A stretch of 64,000 nt of DNA from Rebecca billardiae RCC1528 (lineage: Eukaryota; Protista; Haptophyta), in contig OZ251253.1 of assembly GCA_965240325.2 (NCBI GenBank), positions 864,233-928,232 on the forward strand, given 5' to 3'. Below, one piece after another: positions 11,663-23,517 of the stretch. How positions within the stretch are numbered: position 1 is the stretch's first letter; each line of letters begins with the position of its first letter. The notes under the pieces were generated by a model that did no database searches, was not told where the DNA came from, and saw only the letters and a list, made by a program, of their open reading frames with translations. The position numbers and the translations under genes were made by a program.

Positions 11663-11889
11663 CGGGTCGGAGGTTGGGCGGCCTCCGATCTGGGCTCTGG
11701 CGACGAGCGAGCGCGGGCCGCGGGGCGCTCACGTCGCTTCGATTCTGTCAGGAGAAATCGCGGCCAATCAGAAGGGCCTCCGCCCGAAACCTGAGACACG
11801 AAGCAAGGGAAGAGCGCGGAAAAGCGAGCACTTCCGGCGTGAATCTCGGAGCTCGGAGCTCGGATGACGCCATCAGTCCGTCACGCGTG

Positions 11890-12062
11890 ATGCCGCCCGC
11901 CCGCCTCCGCTCGCGGCTGTGGGTCTGCGCGGCGCTGCTCGCCGCGCTGCACGGCTCTGGCGCGGCGCCCAGCGCGCGCGCCCATGGGCGCCGGCTCCGC
12001 CGCCGGCGGAGTGAGCACCCGTCGCCCTCGCCGCCGCACCTGCCCCCGTCGGCAACGCCCGT

Positions 12063-12100
<38 letters not shown>

Positions 12101-12597
12101 AGTTCGAGGTGGACGAGCGCGACGATCCTCACGTCGAGGGCGTGCGGCCTGGCGTCGGGCTGCTCGCAGCGCGAGCCTTCCGCTCGCTCCGCCCGCCGCC
12201 CGACGGGCTGCAGCTCGGCGCCTCGCCCGGCGCCGGCACGCGCGGCGGCGGCGGCGCGGCGCGCGCCCGCTGGACGCGCGCGCTGCAGGGCGCGCTCGGC
12301 GTGCTCGCCCTCATCGTCGTGGCGCTCTGGCTCGTCTTCCGGCGCAGCGAGCGGCGCATCCGGGCGCCCGCGGACGGCGACGACTCGGAGGCCGGCGACC
12401 TCCAGGGCCTCGACGACGGCGGGCCGCCTGCGTCGGGGCCGCGCGCGATGCTCGTGCGCACGCTCACCGCGCCCGCGCGCCTCAACGGCGCGCTCGCGGC
12501 GCTGCGCGCGCTCGGCTCCAGCGCGCGCGGGGGCGCGCTGGCCAGCGCGGCGCGGCCGGCACCAGGCCGTGCGGCCAAAGGGGGGCAGCTCTTGTAG
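11890..12597 (+). CDS. Hypothetical single-pass membrane protein with signal peptide and poly-Pro
   Basis: ATG at 11890, signal-like LWVCAALLAALHG, TM helix ALGVLALIVVALWLVF. Confidence 0.6.
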
Positions 12598-12888
12598 CAG
12601 GGTCCTCCTGTGGCTCGCGACCGTACGTAGTCTTTCTTACTACTACTACTACTACTACCGTAGTAGATACTGTAGTACAGCAGTAGTAGTACCGTAGTAG
12701 TACAGTCTGTACGTACGGTACAATAATAAAACGCACGTTCGAAGTGGACCCCTTCAAAATGTTCGCGAGGCTTCCGCCGGCCTCCGCCGCGGCGTTCGGC
12801 CGACGAGATTCTCGGCTGGGCGTCTCACGTCGGCAGCAGCCGAAGACCGTTCGCACGCCCGCGCGTCTCTTTCCACGTGCCGACACGA

Positions 12889-13796
12889 ATGGCGGACGAG
12901 GCGCACCTCGCGCCGCTCGACGGCGTGCGCGCGCTGACGACGCTCTCGCTCGTCGCGCTGCACGCCACGCTGCTCTGGTCCGGCCTCGTGCCGTGCGCCT
13001 CGGCCGAGTGGGCGCAGTTCCGCGCGCACCCGCTGTTTGGGCTCACGATGGGCGGCGGCTGCCAGGTGGACGTGTTCCTGCTGCTCTCGGGGCTGCTGCT
13101 CGGCCGCAAGCTGCGCGGCGGGCCGCCCGCCGAGGGCCTGCTCGCCGCGTCCGTGCGCCGCGCGTGCCGCCTCTGGCCCGCGCTGCTGCTGTGCATCTGC
13201 GCGGGCGAGCTGCTGGGCGACTCGTTCCCGCCGTACCGCGCGCACTACCCGCTCACGCTGCTCTTCTGGTGCAACAACGTGGACGTGAACGTGTACGGCT
13301 CGTTCAGCCTCTCGCAGAGCTGGTCCGTCTGCGCCGACTTCCAGGTCGGCCTCGCGCTCAGCGCGCTGCTGTGCGCGCTGCACGCGCGCGCGCCGTCCGC
13401 GCGCGCGTACGACCTGCGCGCGCGGCTCTGCCTGCTGGGCCTCTTCGCCGCGAGCTTCGGCGTGCGGTACGCGCTGTCCGAGGGGGGCGAGTACTCGCTG
13501 ATCGAGCTGGGCGAGGCCTCCAACTTTGCGCACACGCTGCCGCAGGACACGGCGGGCTGGCTGCGCGCGCGCTACGCGCACCCGTTTGACGACGCCAACA
13601 AGTGCGCGCTCGCGGCCGCGCCCACCGCGGGCGCGACCGAGCGCGCGGCCAAGGCGGCGGCGACGGCGGCGGCGGTCGAGCGCGGCGTGGGCAAGGTGGG
13701 GCTGTACATGAACCGGCTGTACATGCCCACGCACGCGCGCTTCGGCCCGATGGTGCTCGGCGCGCTCCTCGCCTTTGTGCTGCCGCACCCGGACCG

Positions 13797-13833
<37 letters not shown>

Positions 13834-14385
13834 AGCGGCGGCGCGCGCGCGGCCGCCGTGCGCGCGGCGCGCTACGCGACGCTCGGCTGGGCGGCGCTGA
13901 CGCTGTACGCGCTTTTCTGCCCGCCGCCGCCGTCGGACGAGCCCACGCCGCCGCTCGTGCACGTGCTCGTCACCGCGTGCCTGCGCAACCTCGCCGCGCT
14001 CGCGGTCGGCGCGGTGCTGAGCGCCGCGCTCGCGCGCCCCGGCAGCGCGTGGCGCTCCGAGTGGGCGGCGGCCGCGCTCGGCTGGAAGGGCTGGGCGCCC
14101 CTCGCGCGGCGCTCGTACGTGGTGAACATGGTGCACTTCCGGCTGCTCATGCACCTCGCGTACGAGCCGCGCTACGGCCTCGGCGCCGCGCTGCGCGCGC
14201 ACAGCGCGCGCGAGCACTGGGCGGGCGCGGCGTGCCTGTACGGCTGCGGGCTGGGCGGCAGCCTCGCGCTCGCGGCCGCGTTTGGCCGCTGGGCGGAGCC
14301 GCCGCTGCGGCGCGCGCTCGAGAAGGCGGCGCTCGGCGCGCTCGGGCTGTCGCGCCCGGCGGCGGGGGCCAAGAAGCTGCAGTGA
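12889..14385 (+). CDS. Acyltransferase-3 (OafA/NRF-6-like) multi-pass membrane protein
   Basis: LDGVRAL...H, VDVFLLLSGLL, RRACRLWP, SWSVCADFQ, SYVVNMVH, EPP. Confidence 0.85.
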
Positions 14386-15167
14386 GCGCGCAGCCCGCGC
14401 CCGCGCGCACCCTTCTAAGCCTGGCGCCGCCGCCGCGTGCGGCTCCTGCTGCTCGCCATCGCCGATCGCGGCTTCGCGCTTCGGACCGCGTGTATGTGAG
14501 TGTACGTATAGTGCGCCGCATGATGATGATGGCGTCTGCCAATATACTATATATGTTTCATCGTCAAGACGACGGTTCACGGTCAGTTTGATGTGAGTTA
14601 GAGTGTCAGTCTATCTGAGTGCCACAGGCGCGCACGGTGTGAGTGTGTCGGTGTGCGACGGTGGGTCGTCACAACTCACATTAAGATTAACTCCCGGTCA
14701 CGGTGCCATCAGTCGATCATCACGTAGTACTATGAGTCGTCGTCGTCGGACTCGGTGGCCCGCGCGGACGGAATATGCTGCGCTCAGTCGTCACTATTGT
14801 CATCATGTGCACAGTGACACGGTCACGGTGTGCGCCACTGCGCCACTGTCCCACTGTATGTGCGTCGTCGCGTCGTCCGAGCCCACCGCCGGCGGCGGCG
14901 GATTAATTATAATCGACAGAGTGGCGGCGTCCGATCACTCGGGCACCGCAGTGACCGCCGTATTATTATTATACTTATCAATGCCCACCGTGATGGCGGC
15001 AGTCATCTCCGCTCTTCCTGTTTTCCTCCACGATCCGGTCGCGCTGTCTGACGCCGCATGATAAGTCGTCATCAGCATAAATAAGAGCGCCCGCCCTGCG
15101 GCGCTCAGCACTGTGGCTGTCGCCTGAGAGTGACAGAGCCGAGCGTGCCAACCAATTGATGCGCGCG

Positions 15168-15625
15168 TTACACGCGCGCCGAGCGCATCTCTTTGAGCTT
15201 GGCCTCCAGCTGCTCGTTCGTGATGGTGTGCCCACCCCCACCACACACGAAGCCAGTCTCCGTACGGCGCCACTCCCATCCGGCGTCGCACTTTGACATC
15301 TCCTTCATGACGATCATGGCTTCACGCTCCGGGGAGCCCTCGGGTGGATCCTTGATCACAGTGCCGGGGGGTGCGTCGAAGAGCTTCTTCATCTCGCGTG
15401 CGGCCGCTTGGTTCGTACCGCCAAACAGTTTCATGAACAGAGCCACGGAGCAGAAGATCAGGATGCCCACACCGGTGACGAGGCCAAGCGCGAGCCCGGC
15501 GATCTCGCCGCCAGTCCAGCGATCATCCGACGAACTCTGCAGGCGCAGCGCAGCAGAGGAGAGCAGCAGGCGGAGGAGCACAGAATCGCGTCAGCCGAGC
15601 GCAGAGAGCTGTCGCGCACGTGCAT
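15168..15625 (-). CDS. Small membrane-anchored hypothetical protein with C-terminal CxxGWxW...GFxCxGGxH motif; 5' structure uncertain (possible ATG at 15625 and short intron)
   Basis: Low-repeat protein-like frame with a TM helix. The upstream sequence has a GTGCGC donor, GCTGAC branch-like site and CTGCAG acceptor. Confidence 0.55.
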
Positions 15626-16702
15626 CACCAGCGGCTCGGGGGCTCGCTAGCTCGCCGGCGGACCATGATTGCGCGAGATGCACGAGAGAGGTGTTTGGCC
15701 AGGGTCGTGTCGCGTCTGACTCGTCAAAGCGAGAATATCCGCGCCCTTTGAAGTGTGGGCGATCAATTTTTTTCGACGAAAGTTGGTGTCGTCGTCGTCG
15801 GCTCGTCGCTCATCCTCGCGCATTTATTGATATGAGCTCACTCTATGATGCGTCATGCGTCTCTTTTATTCTTAGAAAACTACTACTATCATAGTACCAT
15901 CATCATGGTACTATGGCGACATGTACAGCTAATCACGTCGTTGGCGGCAGAGTCGATGCTTGCACCGCGGAATGGCTTGAGCGCGGCCTTGATCTGATGG
16001 AGCGCGATCCGCCTGCGGCTTGCGGCGTGAGTGACGGTGCATGGAGGTGGGGCACCAGACCCGAGTATGCGGGTGAGTCGGGAGTGCTCATGCACAGCCG
16101 AGGCTCTCGCTGCGCACCCACGCCTCATCTGCGCGCTCGGCTTTTGCAGGCAGCTGCTCATCATCACCAACACGCGCACAAACGAGCAGATGGCGCTGGG
16201 CGAGGTCGATTGGTGCGTCATATCATATATTCGGCAACGACCAGGGCCCAGTCTTGTGCCGCCGCTCGTGCTACCTTCGACGACCACCTCTGGCTCGGTC
16301 GCGCGCACGAGGCTGCTCGCGGCCAAATGGCGTGCCGTGTGACCGTCAAGCTGTACCGTGCGCACTCGAAGTCGAACGTCGGCGTGGGCTCGCATGCGAG
16401 GGCCCAACGGTGCGGCGCGTCGATGAAGCATGCTCCGGATACGCTTTGGTGCCCTTCCCGACGCGCACGAGCCGCTCGAAGGCGCGGAAGGGCGCCCAAA
16501 CGAGGCATCAACCGCCGATGCCGATGCCGATGGCCGCGATGGCCGATGAATATGATGCCGATGGCGCGGTCAAAATCAAATCCGACGCAGTCAATCTGAG
16601 CAGAAATTGCTGACAGTGCGCTCTATATATATCATCCGAGTCAGATGAAAGGCGGTTTGCACGTGTATGCATCATGCTCATCGTAGTCGCCGTCATCGTC
16701 CA

Positions 16703-17743
16703 TCAGCGAGCAGCACCATCCGTGTCGGAGCAGGCTTCATCGTCGTCAGACGCCGACGAATCCGTCTCGTCCGAGTCCCGGTGGCAGCCCTCGGCTGCCG
16801 TGTCGCGCAGCACTAGCAGGCTGCTGCCGCCGACGACACCGCCGTCGCACGCCTCGTCGTCCGCCCAGCCCTCCGGCGGCACGCGCGCGGACGGGCCGAA
16901 CGCGGCGGCGAGCGCGCGCGCCACGCGCTCGTCCCGCGCGCTAAGCACCGTGGTCGAGTGCCGCACGTTGCACCATGGCTCGTCGAGCCGGCACAGCTGG
17001 CGGCGCGCCAGCGCCGCGAGCTCGGCCACGGCCCAGCCGCCCACGCGCGCGGGCAGCGGCGCGCCCGCGCCGCCGCCGCCCCAGGTGCGCTCGGCGTCGC
17101 CGCAGATGCCGCGGCCGGCCTCGCCGACGAGCACGCACGCGTGCACGCTGGGGCACGCGCGCACCGCGGCGCACCAGTCCTGCCCCAGCGGCATCCAGCA
17201 CACGAGCGCCACGTCGGGCGCGCACGCGGCCAGCGCGGCCTCGCAGCGCGCGCGCAGCACCGGGAACGCGGCGGCCGCGGGCAGCGCGGGGCAGCACGGC
17301 AGCGGGGACGCGTCCGACGCGATGAGCAGCACGCCGCTCTCGGGCTCGCCCCGCGCCGCCGCCGCGCGCGCGAGCTGCGCGCGCAGCAGGTGCGCCAGCC
17401 GGCCGCTGCCCGCGCCCAGCTCGAGCACGCGCAGCGCGCGCGCCGGCAGCAGCGGCAGCAGCGCGGCGCGCAGCGCGAGCAGCAGCGCGGCGAGCAGGCG
17501 CACGTGCTCGGCCGTGTGCACCTCGTAGAGCGGGTAGCCGCCGTTCGTCGCGCCGCGCGTGTACCGCGCCCACGCCGCGCACTGCGCGCACGCGCAGCGC
17601 ACCTCGCCGCGCGCGCCGGGCGCGGGCGCGTGCGCCTCCGGCCGCGCGGCCGCAAAGAGGCCGAACGCGGCCTCGAGCTCAGCGAGCGGCGGCGCGTGCG
17701 CGGGGCCGTGCAGCGCCGAGCGGGCGCGCGCGCGCGTGAGCAT
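16703..17743 (-). CDS. SAM-dependent methyltransferase-like protein
   Basis: Motif I LRVLELGAGSGRLA; downstream LIASD, VCWMP, VLVGE. Confidence 0.7.
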   Translation of the reverse strand: MLTRARARSALHGPAHAPPLAELEAAFGLFAAARPEAHAPAPGARGEVRCACAQCAAWARYTRGATNGGYPLYEVHTAEHVRLLAALLLALRAALLPLLPARALRVLELGAGSGRLAHLLRAQLARAAAARGEPESGVLLIASDASPLPCCPALPAAAAFPVLRARCEAALAACAPDVALVCWMPLGQDWCAAVRACPSVHACVLVGEAGRGICGDAERTWGGGGAGAPLPARVGGWAVAELAALARRQLCRLDEPWCNVRHSTTVLSARDERVARALAAAFGPSARVPPEGWADDEACDGGVVGGSSLLVLRDTAAEGCHRDSDETDSSASDDDEACSDTDGAAR

Positions 17744-18563
17744 GGGCCGCCTGTGCGAGCGGCGGCGGCGGCGGCGGCGGCGCGCGCGCGTGAGCGCGCG
17801 GGGCGCGGCGCGCGCTCGGGCGGCGCGGCGCGGCGCGTCGCGCGTGTGCGCCGCGTCGCCAGAGCGCGCGCCACGGGGAGGCGGCGCTCATAATTGCGGC
17901 GGGGGTCGATCTGGCCATCAATACCGGGACCGAATGGCCATGGGCGGGGCCACCGTTCAGGAAAAAAAATGGCGGGCACGCGCGCGCGAAAAGGGCGCGC
18001 GCGCGCGCGCACCATGACGTACGTGCTTGCGTCCGGGCGCGGCTCGCCGGCGTCCGGACGCACTCGCAGTCGCGACGTCGCTCGGGAGACGCCGAGCTTG
18101 ATTGGCCGGGCGGAGGCTGATTGATGAACAACTGCTGATTCCGAGACTACGCCCCGCACGGTCAATTCGAGTCCGCCGCGACGGCCGCGCCACGGACGGG
18201 CGAGGCGTGCGGCACGCCGCGTCGGTGAGCTAGCAGAGTGCCGTCAGCAGCATGCACACTCGCCCGCCGCCCCAAAGCGGCTGTCAGAGCATTCTCAGTC
18301 CGATGAACGTCGCGCCGTCGTCATCTCACTCGACCCGGCCCGCGTCAATGATCTGAATCAGAGGGCCACGCGCCCGGCCCGAGACGGCAGCCCCGCAGGC
18401 CGCTCGTCCGCGCCGGGCATGTCTCGGCGGCTCGGCCACGGGCTCGCCCTGAGCTCGCGTGCCTCGCCCCCGACGGATCGGCGTCGCGCGCGCGACGAGC
18501 ACCCGCCGGCAGGCCGCGCCGGCCGGGCTCGCGCGCACGCGCCCCGCGCCCGCCGCGCGCCGC

Positions 18564-18923
18564 TCACTTGCCGTTCTTCTGCTGCACGTAGCACGCGACG
18601 TGGAGGAAGAAGGAGTAGATCGAGAGGAACGCGCCGAGGATGAGCAGCGGGCTCGTCTCCTCCAGCGTGTTGAAGTTGTTCGAGATGCCCGCGAGCGTCG
18701 TGCCCGTGCCGAGGCAGGCCAGCGAGCTGATCGCGTACACGTTCGACGAGACCTTGGCGCCGATGCCAAGGGTCTCGGACGACGGGTACTTGTACTCCGC
18801 CATGCTGAGCGCCTGGCGCGCCGCCACCGCCGAGCGCGCGGCCAGCGGCCGGCCCGCAGGCGCGTACGCAGACGCCGTGGCCGCGAGGACCGAGAGCGCG
18901 ACGAGCGTGCGGAAGGCCGACAT
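18564..18923 (-). CDS. psaR: Photosystem I subunit PsaR (Psa28)-like, nuclear-encoded with bipartite plastid presequence
   Basis: Signal peptide ending ASA-YAP (ASAFAP-like), then a transit peptide. Mature part YPSSETLGIG...two TM helices...LHVACYVQQKNGK resembles red-lineage PsaR as recalled. Confidence 0.75.
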   Translation of the reverse strand: MSAFRTLVALSVLAATASAYAPAGRPLAARSAVAARQALSMAEYKYPSSETLGIGAKVSSNVYAISSLACLGTGTTLAGISNNFNTLEETSPLLILGAFLSIYSFFLHVACYVQQKNGK

Positions 18924-20108
18924 GGTGCTACTCACGCGAGCAGCGGTTTTTACGCGGCCGCTAATTTGCGCCGGTCCGGGAGACGCGCCCGTGCGTCCGG
19001 GAAACGCCCTGCCGCTCTTCTGATTTCTCTGTTGTTGGCTTTTTAAGTTGTTCGCATTTTCTCGCCGGCGTGGATCGACTCGTCCAAGGCGGCTGCGCGC
19101 GCGACGGCGCCCTGCTGGTGGCGCCACGTGGGGGAGGGGGGGGGGGGCACGCTCGAGCGAATAACACCTGCCGTGCGCCGCCACCGCGGGCCATCCGCCG
19201 CCCCGCCAGATCCTGAGGCCGAGCTCGTCGGCTCCGCGGCTCCGCCGGGCGGCGGGCGGCCCCTTCAGCGCGCGGTACTCGCGGTTTGGCGAGGCGCGCG
19301 CGGCGGCTCGTCGGACGAGCGGGCGATCGCGACCACCAGGCTGCCGTCACCCATCCGCGCCCGATGGGCGCTCGCGTCGGCGGGCGGCACTGTCGCAGCT
19401 CCCGCCGCACGGCCCAGCGCGCGTCGCCGCGCCATCCAGCTGCCGGCCGCCTGCCGCGACGCACGCGGTGCGGTCGCTCTCGACAGCGCGCATGCACGCG
19501 ACCGCGCCGTACCAGCCCGCCCACCGCGCCCGTGGGCCGTGGCGGTGGCGCCCGAATTCGTTCACCGAGCCGGGCGGCGGCCAGCCGGACGGGCGCGCGC
19601 GGCGCCAAGCAAGCCGTGCGAGGGAGCGCGCGTCCACGCTCGGCGTCGAGAGCGTGCAGCCCTGCGCCGTCCGCCGACTCCGCACCGGCCCCCGCACCTC
19701 CTGCCCGTCCCGCCTTGCCAGTCGCGCGCTCCGCGCGGCAAGCACGGCGCGCCGCGCGAGCGCGCGACTGGCGGAGGCAGCCGGGGTGGGAGAACCGAGG
19801 CGGCGTGGGCAGCGACGGGGCGCGCATGTGCGGCGTGGGGCTCGCGCTCCGCCCCGTCGGAGCCCCAACCCGCTCGCCGCGGCGGTGCTCACGAGCACAC
19901 GCGCTGCGCGCGCGGCCGGCGGCCATCGCCGGCCGGGGGTCGGTGGACGGTGGTCCGGGCCGCGACGGCCGCTGTTCGGCAACAGACTCTTTCCGCTGCG
20001 CGCTGCGCGTCGGCCAATGATCATGAGGCGCCAGCGAGTCTCTCGCCGCCGCCGCCGCCAGCAGACACGCACTGCCGCGAGCAGCCCCTGGCCTCGAGCT
20101 GTGGGGGC

Positions 20109-23100
20109 ATGGAGGCCGACAGCGCGGAGGGCGGCGGCGCGGGCGCGGCGTCGACGTTCGTCTCGGACGTGCGCGCGGGCCTGCTCGAGCTGCTCGAGAG
20201 CGGCGCGCACGCCGACGTCGCGCTCGTCATCGGCGGCGAGGGCGGCGCGCGCGTGCGCGCGCACCGCGTGGTGCTGTGCATGCGCTCGCCCCACCTCAGG
20301 CGCGTGCTCGCGGCGAGCACGGACGGGCCGCCGGGCGGCGCGCGCGGCGCGGAGGGGTCGGGCGCGGCGGCCCCCGCCGAGGCGACCATCGTGCTCGAGG
20401 GCGTCTCCCTCTTCGTCGCGCAGCAGCTCGTGCGGTACATGTACGCGGACGCGATGGCGCTGGGCGACGCGGACGACGACGCGGTCGTGCAGCTCGCCGC
20501 GCTGGCGGAGCAGTGCGAGTGCGCGCCCGCGGTGGCGCGGGCGGAGGCGGAGCTCATCTCGCGGCTGAGCACGGCGAACGCCGCCTCGCTCTTCCGCGCC
20601 GCCGTCGAGTCGGGCGTGATGCCGCGCGTGCGGCAGCGCGCGCTGCGGCTGCTCGCGCACGGGCAGCAGCACGGGCGGCAGCGCCCGCGCGCCTCCGCGC
20701 TCGCGCTCGGCGGCGGCGCGGGCTCGGCGGCGGAGGCGGAGGAGGGCGGCGTGACCGACGACGACGCGGACGACGACGACGGCGCGGACGTCGGCTCGGC
20801 CGCCGCCGTCCGCGAGGGCGCGTGCTCCGACGCGGAGGAGGGCGCGCGGCTCGCAGAGGCGCGCGCGTCGCCGACCGCGGCCGCGGCGGCGGGCGTGGGC
20901 GCGGTGGACGGGCTGCGCGTGGGCCGCGCGGCGCGGCTCGCGACGCTGCCCGCGGAGCTGTGCGCGCGCGTGTACGAGGAGGTCTGCCCCTCCGCGCCGC
21001 TCGTCCCCGCCATCGCGGACGGGCGCGTGGACGTGGCGCGCCACCTGCTCGCGGCCCACGCCGACCCGAACGGCGCGCCCGCGGGCGGCCGCGGCTGCTC
21101 GCCGCTGTGGGCGGCGCTGCGCACGGCGCAGCGCCCGCTCGCGCAGGAGCTGCTCGAGCGCGGCGCCGCGATCGGCGCGCGCGGCTGCCCGCACGGCGAC
21201 ACGGCGCTGCACCGCGCCGCGCTGCGCGCGGACGTGCGCAGCGGGTACGAGGCGGTGCAGTGGCTGCTGGCACACGGCGCGCCCCCCAACGCCACCAACC
21301 ACCTGGGGCAGACGGCGCTCGACGCGCTGCAGGCGGCGGTGGGCGCGGACGCGCTCGCCGCGCCGCTCGGCTCCGCCGCCGCCGCGCGCGCGCACCGCGC
21401 GCACCGCGCCTCCGCGCGCGCGCTGCTCGCCGCGGGCGCGCACGCGCGCGCGCGCGACGGGTGCGGCGAGTCTTTGTGGCACGCGGCCGCGCGGCACGAC
21501 GACGCCAAGCTGCTCGACGCGCTGCTCGCCGCGGACGGCGCGGCGAGCGTGGACGCGCCGGACGACGCGGGGCGCCCGCCGCTCTTCGTCGCGCTGCGCC
21601 ACCACGCCGCGCGCGCCGCCGTCCGCCTGCTCGACGGCGGCGCGCGCCCGGCGATGGGCGGCGGGCACGGCGGCGCGGGCCGCGCGGTCGGCGCTGTCGA
21701 GTACGCCCTCTTCGGGCAGCACGCGCACGCGGGCGCGCACGCGGGCGCGGCGGCGCGGGAGGCGCGGCGCGAGGGCGGCGAGGAGGCGGCGGGCGGCGTG
21801 CCCGCCGCCGGCGCCACCGCCGAGGCGACCGACGCGCGCTGGCGCCTCGCCGCGGCGCTGCTGCGCGCCGGGCTGCCGCTGCCGCCCGAGGCCGAGGCGG
21901 GCGGCGGCGGCGGCGACGGCGACGACGGCGGCGGCGGCGGCGGCGCGCCGCTCGGCGGCGGGCCGCTCGGCGGCGGCGGCGGCGGCGGCGTGGGCGGGCA
22001 GCTCGTGCACGCCGCCGCGCGCGGCGGCTCGGGCATGCCGACCAACCTCGCCGCGTTCATCATCCGGTACTGCGCGCCCGCGCTGCACGCGGACGGCACG
22101 GGCGCGGCCGACGGCGCGCACCGCACGCCGCTGCACGTGGCCGCGGCCGCGGGCAACGTGACGGCGCTCGCGCACCTGCTGGGCGCGGGCGCGGACGTGG
22201 GCGCGCGCGACGCGGAGGGGCGCACGGCGCTGCACCTCGCGGCCACCCGCGCGCCCGAGGGCTGCCTGCTGCTGCTGCTGCGCCACGGTGCGCACGTGGA
22301 CGCGCGCGACGCGCGCGGCCGCGCGCCGCTGCACGGCGCGGCCGCGTCCGAGTGCCCGCTGCGGCTGCTCACCGCGCTGCTCGAGGCGGGCGCGGACGCC
22401 AACGCGGCGGACGCGGAGGGGCGCACGGCGCTGCACGTGCTGTGCGCGCACCCCGACGGCGCCGTGTGGTCCGGCGCGCTGCGCGAGCTCCTCCTCGAGC
22501 ACCGCGCCGACGTGCGCGCCGCCGACGCGGCGGGCGCCACGCCGGCGCACCTCGCCGCCGCGCGCGGCCGCGTGCGCGTCGTGCAGGAGCTCGTGCGCTG
22601 CGGCGCGCCGCCGCACGCGGTGGACGGCATGGGCCGGTGCGTGCTCGACGTGCTCGCGCTGCCACTCGTCTCGGCCGGCGGCGCCGACGAGCCGAAGGGC
22701 GGCGGCGGCGGCGGCGCGCCGAACGGCGGCCCCGCGGGCGGCGCGGCCGCCGCGCTCTCGCTGCGCCGGCTGCAGCGCGACGTGCTCGCGTGTGTGCGCG
22801 CGCCGCCCGCGTGGCTGCCGGACGAGGCGGTGCGCGTGTGCCAGGCGTGCGCGCGGCCGTTCGACCTGGGCAACCGGCGGCACCACTGCCGGCACTGCGG
22901 GCGCATCCTCTGCGCCGAGTGCTCCGCGCACCGCTCGCCCGTGCCCAAGTTTGGGCTGCACGCGCAGCTGCGCGTGTGCGCGCCGTGCGCCGAGGTGCTC
23001 GCCGACGAGCTGCGCGTGCACGGCGCGGGCGCGGGCGCGCGCGCGGGCGTGGTCGCGGACGCGCTCGTCGACGGCGACGCGGCGGGCGTCGCGCGCTCGC

Positions 23101-23252
23101 TCTCGCCCGCGCGCGTCGCCGGCGCGGACGCCGCCGCCGCCACCGCCGCGCGCGACGAGCAGCTCACCACGCCCACGCCGCCCGCCGCGCGCCGGCACGG
23201 CGCCGAGGCGCGCGTCGCCGCCATCAGCGACATCGAGCGCGCCTTTGACTGA
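20109..23252 (+). CDS. BTB-ankyrin repeat-FYVE protein (rabankyrin-5/ANKFY1-like architecture)
   Basis: BTB (ADVAL...AHRVVLCMRSP...YMYAD), several TPLH/TALH ankyrin repeats, FYVE WLPD...CxxC...RRHHCRHCG...CxxC...RVC. Confidence 0.9.
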   Translation: MEADSAEGGGAGAASTFVSDVRAGLLELLESGAHADVALVIGGEGGARVRAHRVVLCMRSPHLRRVLAASTDGPPGGARGAEGSGAAAPAEATIVLEGVSLFVAQQLVRYMYADAMALGDADDDAVVQLAALAEQCECAPAVARAEAELISRLSTANAASLFRAAVESGVMPRVRQRALRLLAHGQQHGRQRPRASALALGGGAGSAAEAEEGGVTDDDADDDDGADVGSAAAVREGACSDAEEGARLAEARASPTAAAAAGVGAVDGLRVGRAARLATLPAELCARVYEEVCPSAPLVPAIADGRVDVARHLLAAHADPNGAPAGGRGCSPLWAALRTAQRPLAQELLERGAAIGARGCPHGDTALHRAALRADVRSGYEAVQWLLAHGAPPNATNHLGQTALDALQAAVGADALAAPLGSAAAARAHRAHRASARALLAAGAHARARDGCGESLWHAAARHDDAKLLDALLAADGAASVDAPDDAGRPPLFVALRHHAARAAVRLLDGGARPAMGGGHGGAGRAVGAVEYALFGQHAHAGAHAGAAAREARREGGEEAAGGVPAAGATAEATDARWRLAAALLRAGLPLPPEAEAGGGGGDGDDGGGGGGAPLGGGPLGGGGGGGVGGQLVHAAARGGSGMPTNLAAFIIRYCAPALHADGTGAADGAHRTPLHVAAAAGNVTALAHLLGAGADVGARDAEGRTALHLAATRAPEGCLLLLLRHGAHVDARDARGRAPLHGAAASECPLRLLTALLEAGADANAADAEGRTALHVLCAHPDGAVWSGALRELLLEHRADVRAADAAGATPAHLAAARGRVRVVQELVRCGAPPHAVDGMGRCVLDVLALPLVSAGGADEPKGGGGGGAPNGGPAGGAAAALSLRRLQRDVLACVRAPPAWLPDEAVRVCQACARPFDLGNRRHHCRHCGRILCAECSAHRSPVPKFGLHAQLRVCAPCAEVLADELRVHGAGAGARAGVVADALVDGDAAGVARSLSPARVAGADAAAATAARDEQLTTPTPPAARRHGAEARVAAISDIERAFD

Positions 23253-23517
23253 CGACGACGCGCAAGGCAGTAGTACTACCCTATGCTTTGATTCGTCGGA
23301 CGCTGACTCTGACGAGGAGGGGGAGTCACGACAGTCGATCTCATCAGTGGTGGACGTACCGCCAGGCCGCTATTACACATGATGACGAGGCGGGAGTTAT
23401 ATATACTGATGAAGTATTATAGATCTATGAATTCGGCGCAACTGTCGGGATGACCTGCTGCGAGGCCGCCGCTGCACCGGAGACCGTCGCGCACGGCGGA
23501 GCTAGTGTCACACACCG

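Noticed and set aside
15913-16599. Possible small spliced gene
   Set aside because: Splice-like signals exist, but I could not assemble a consistent frame or recognise a motif.
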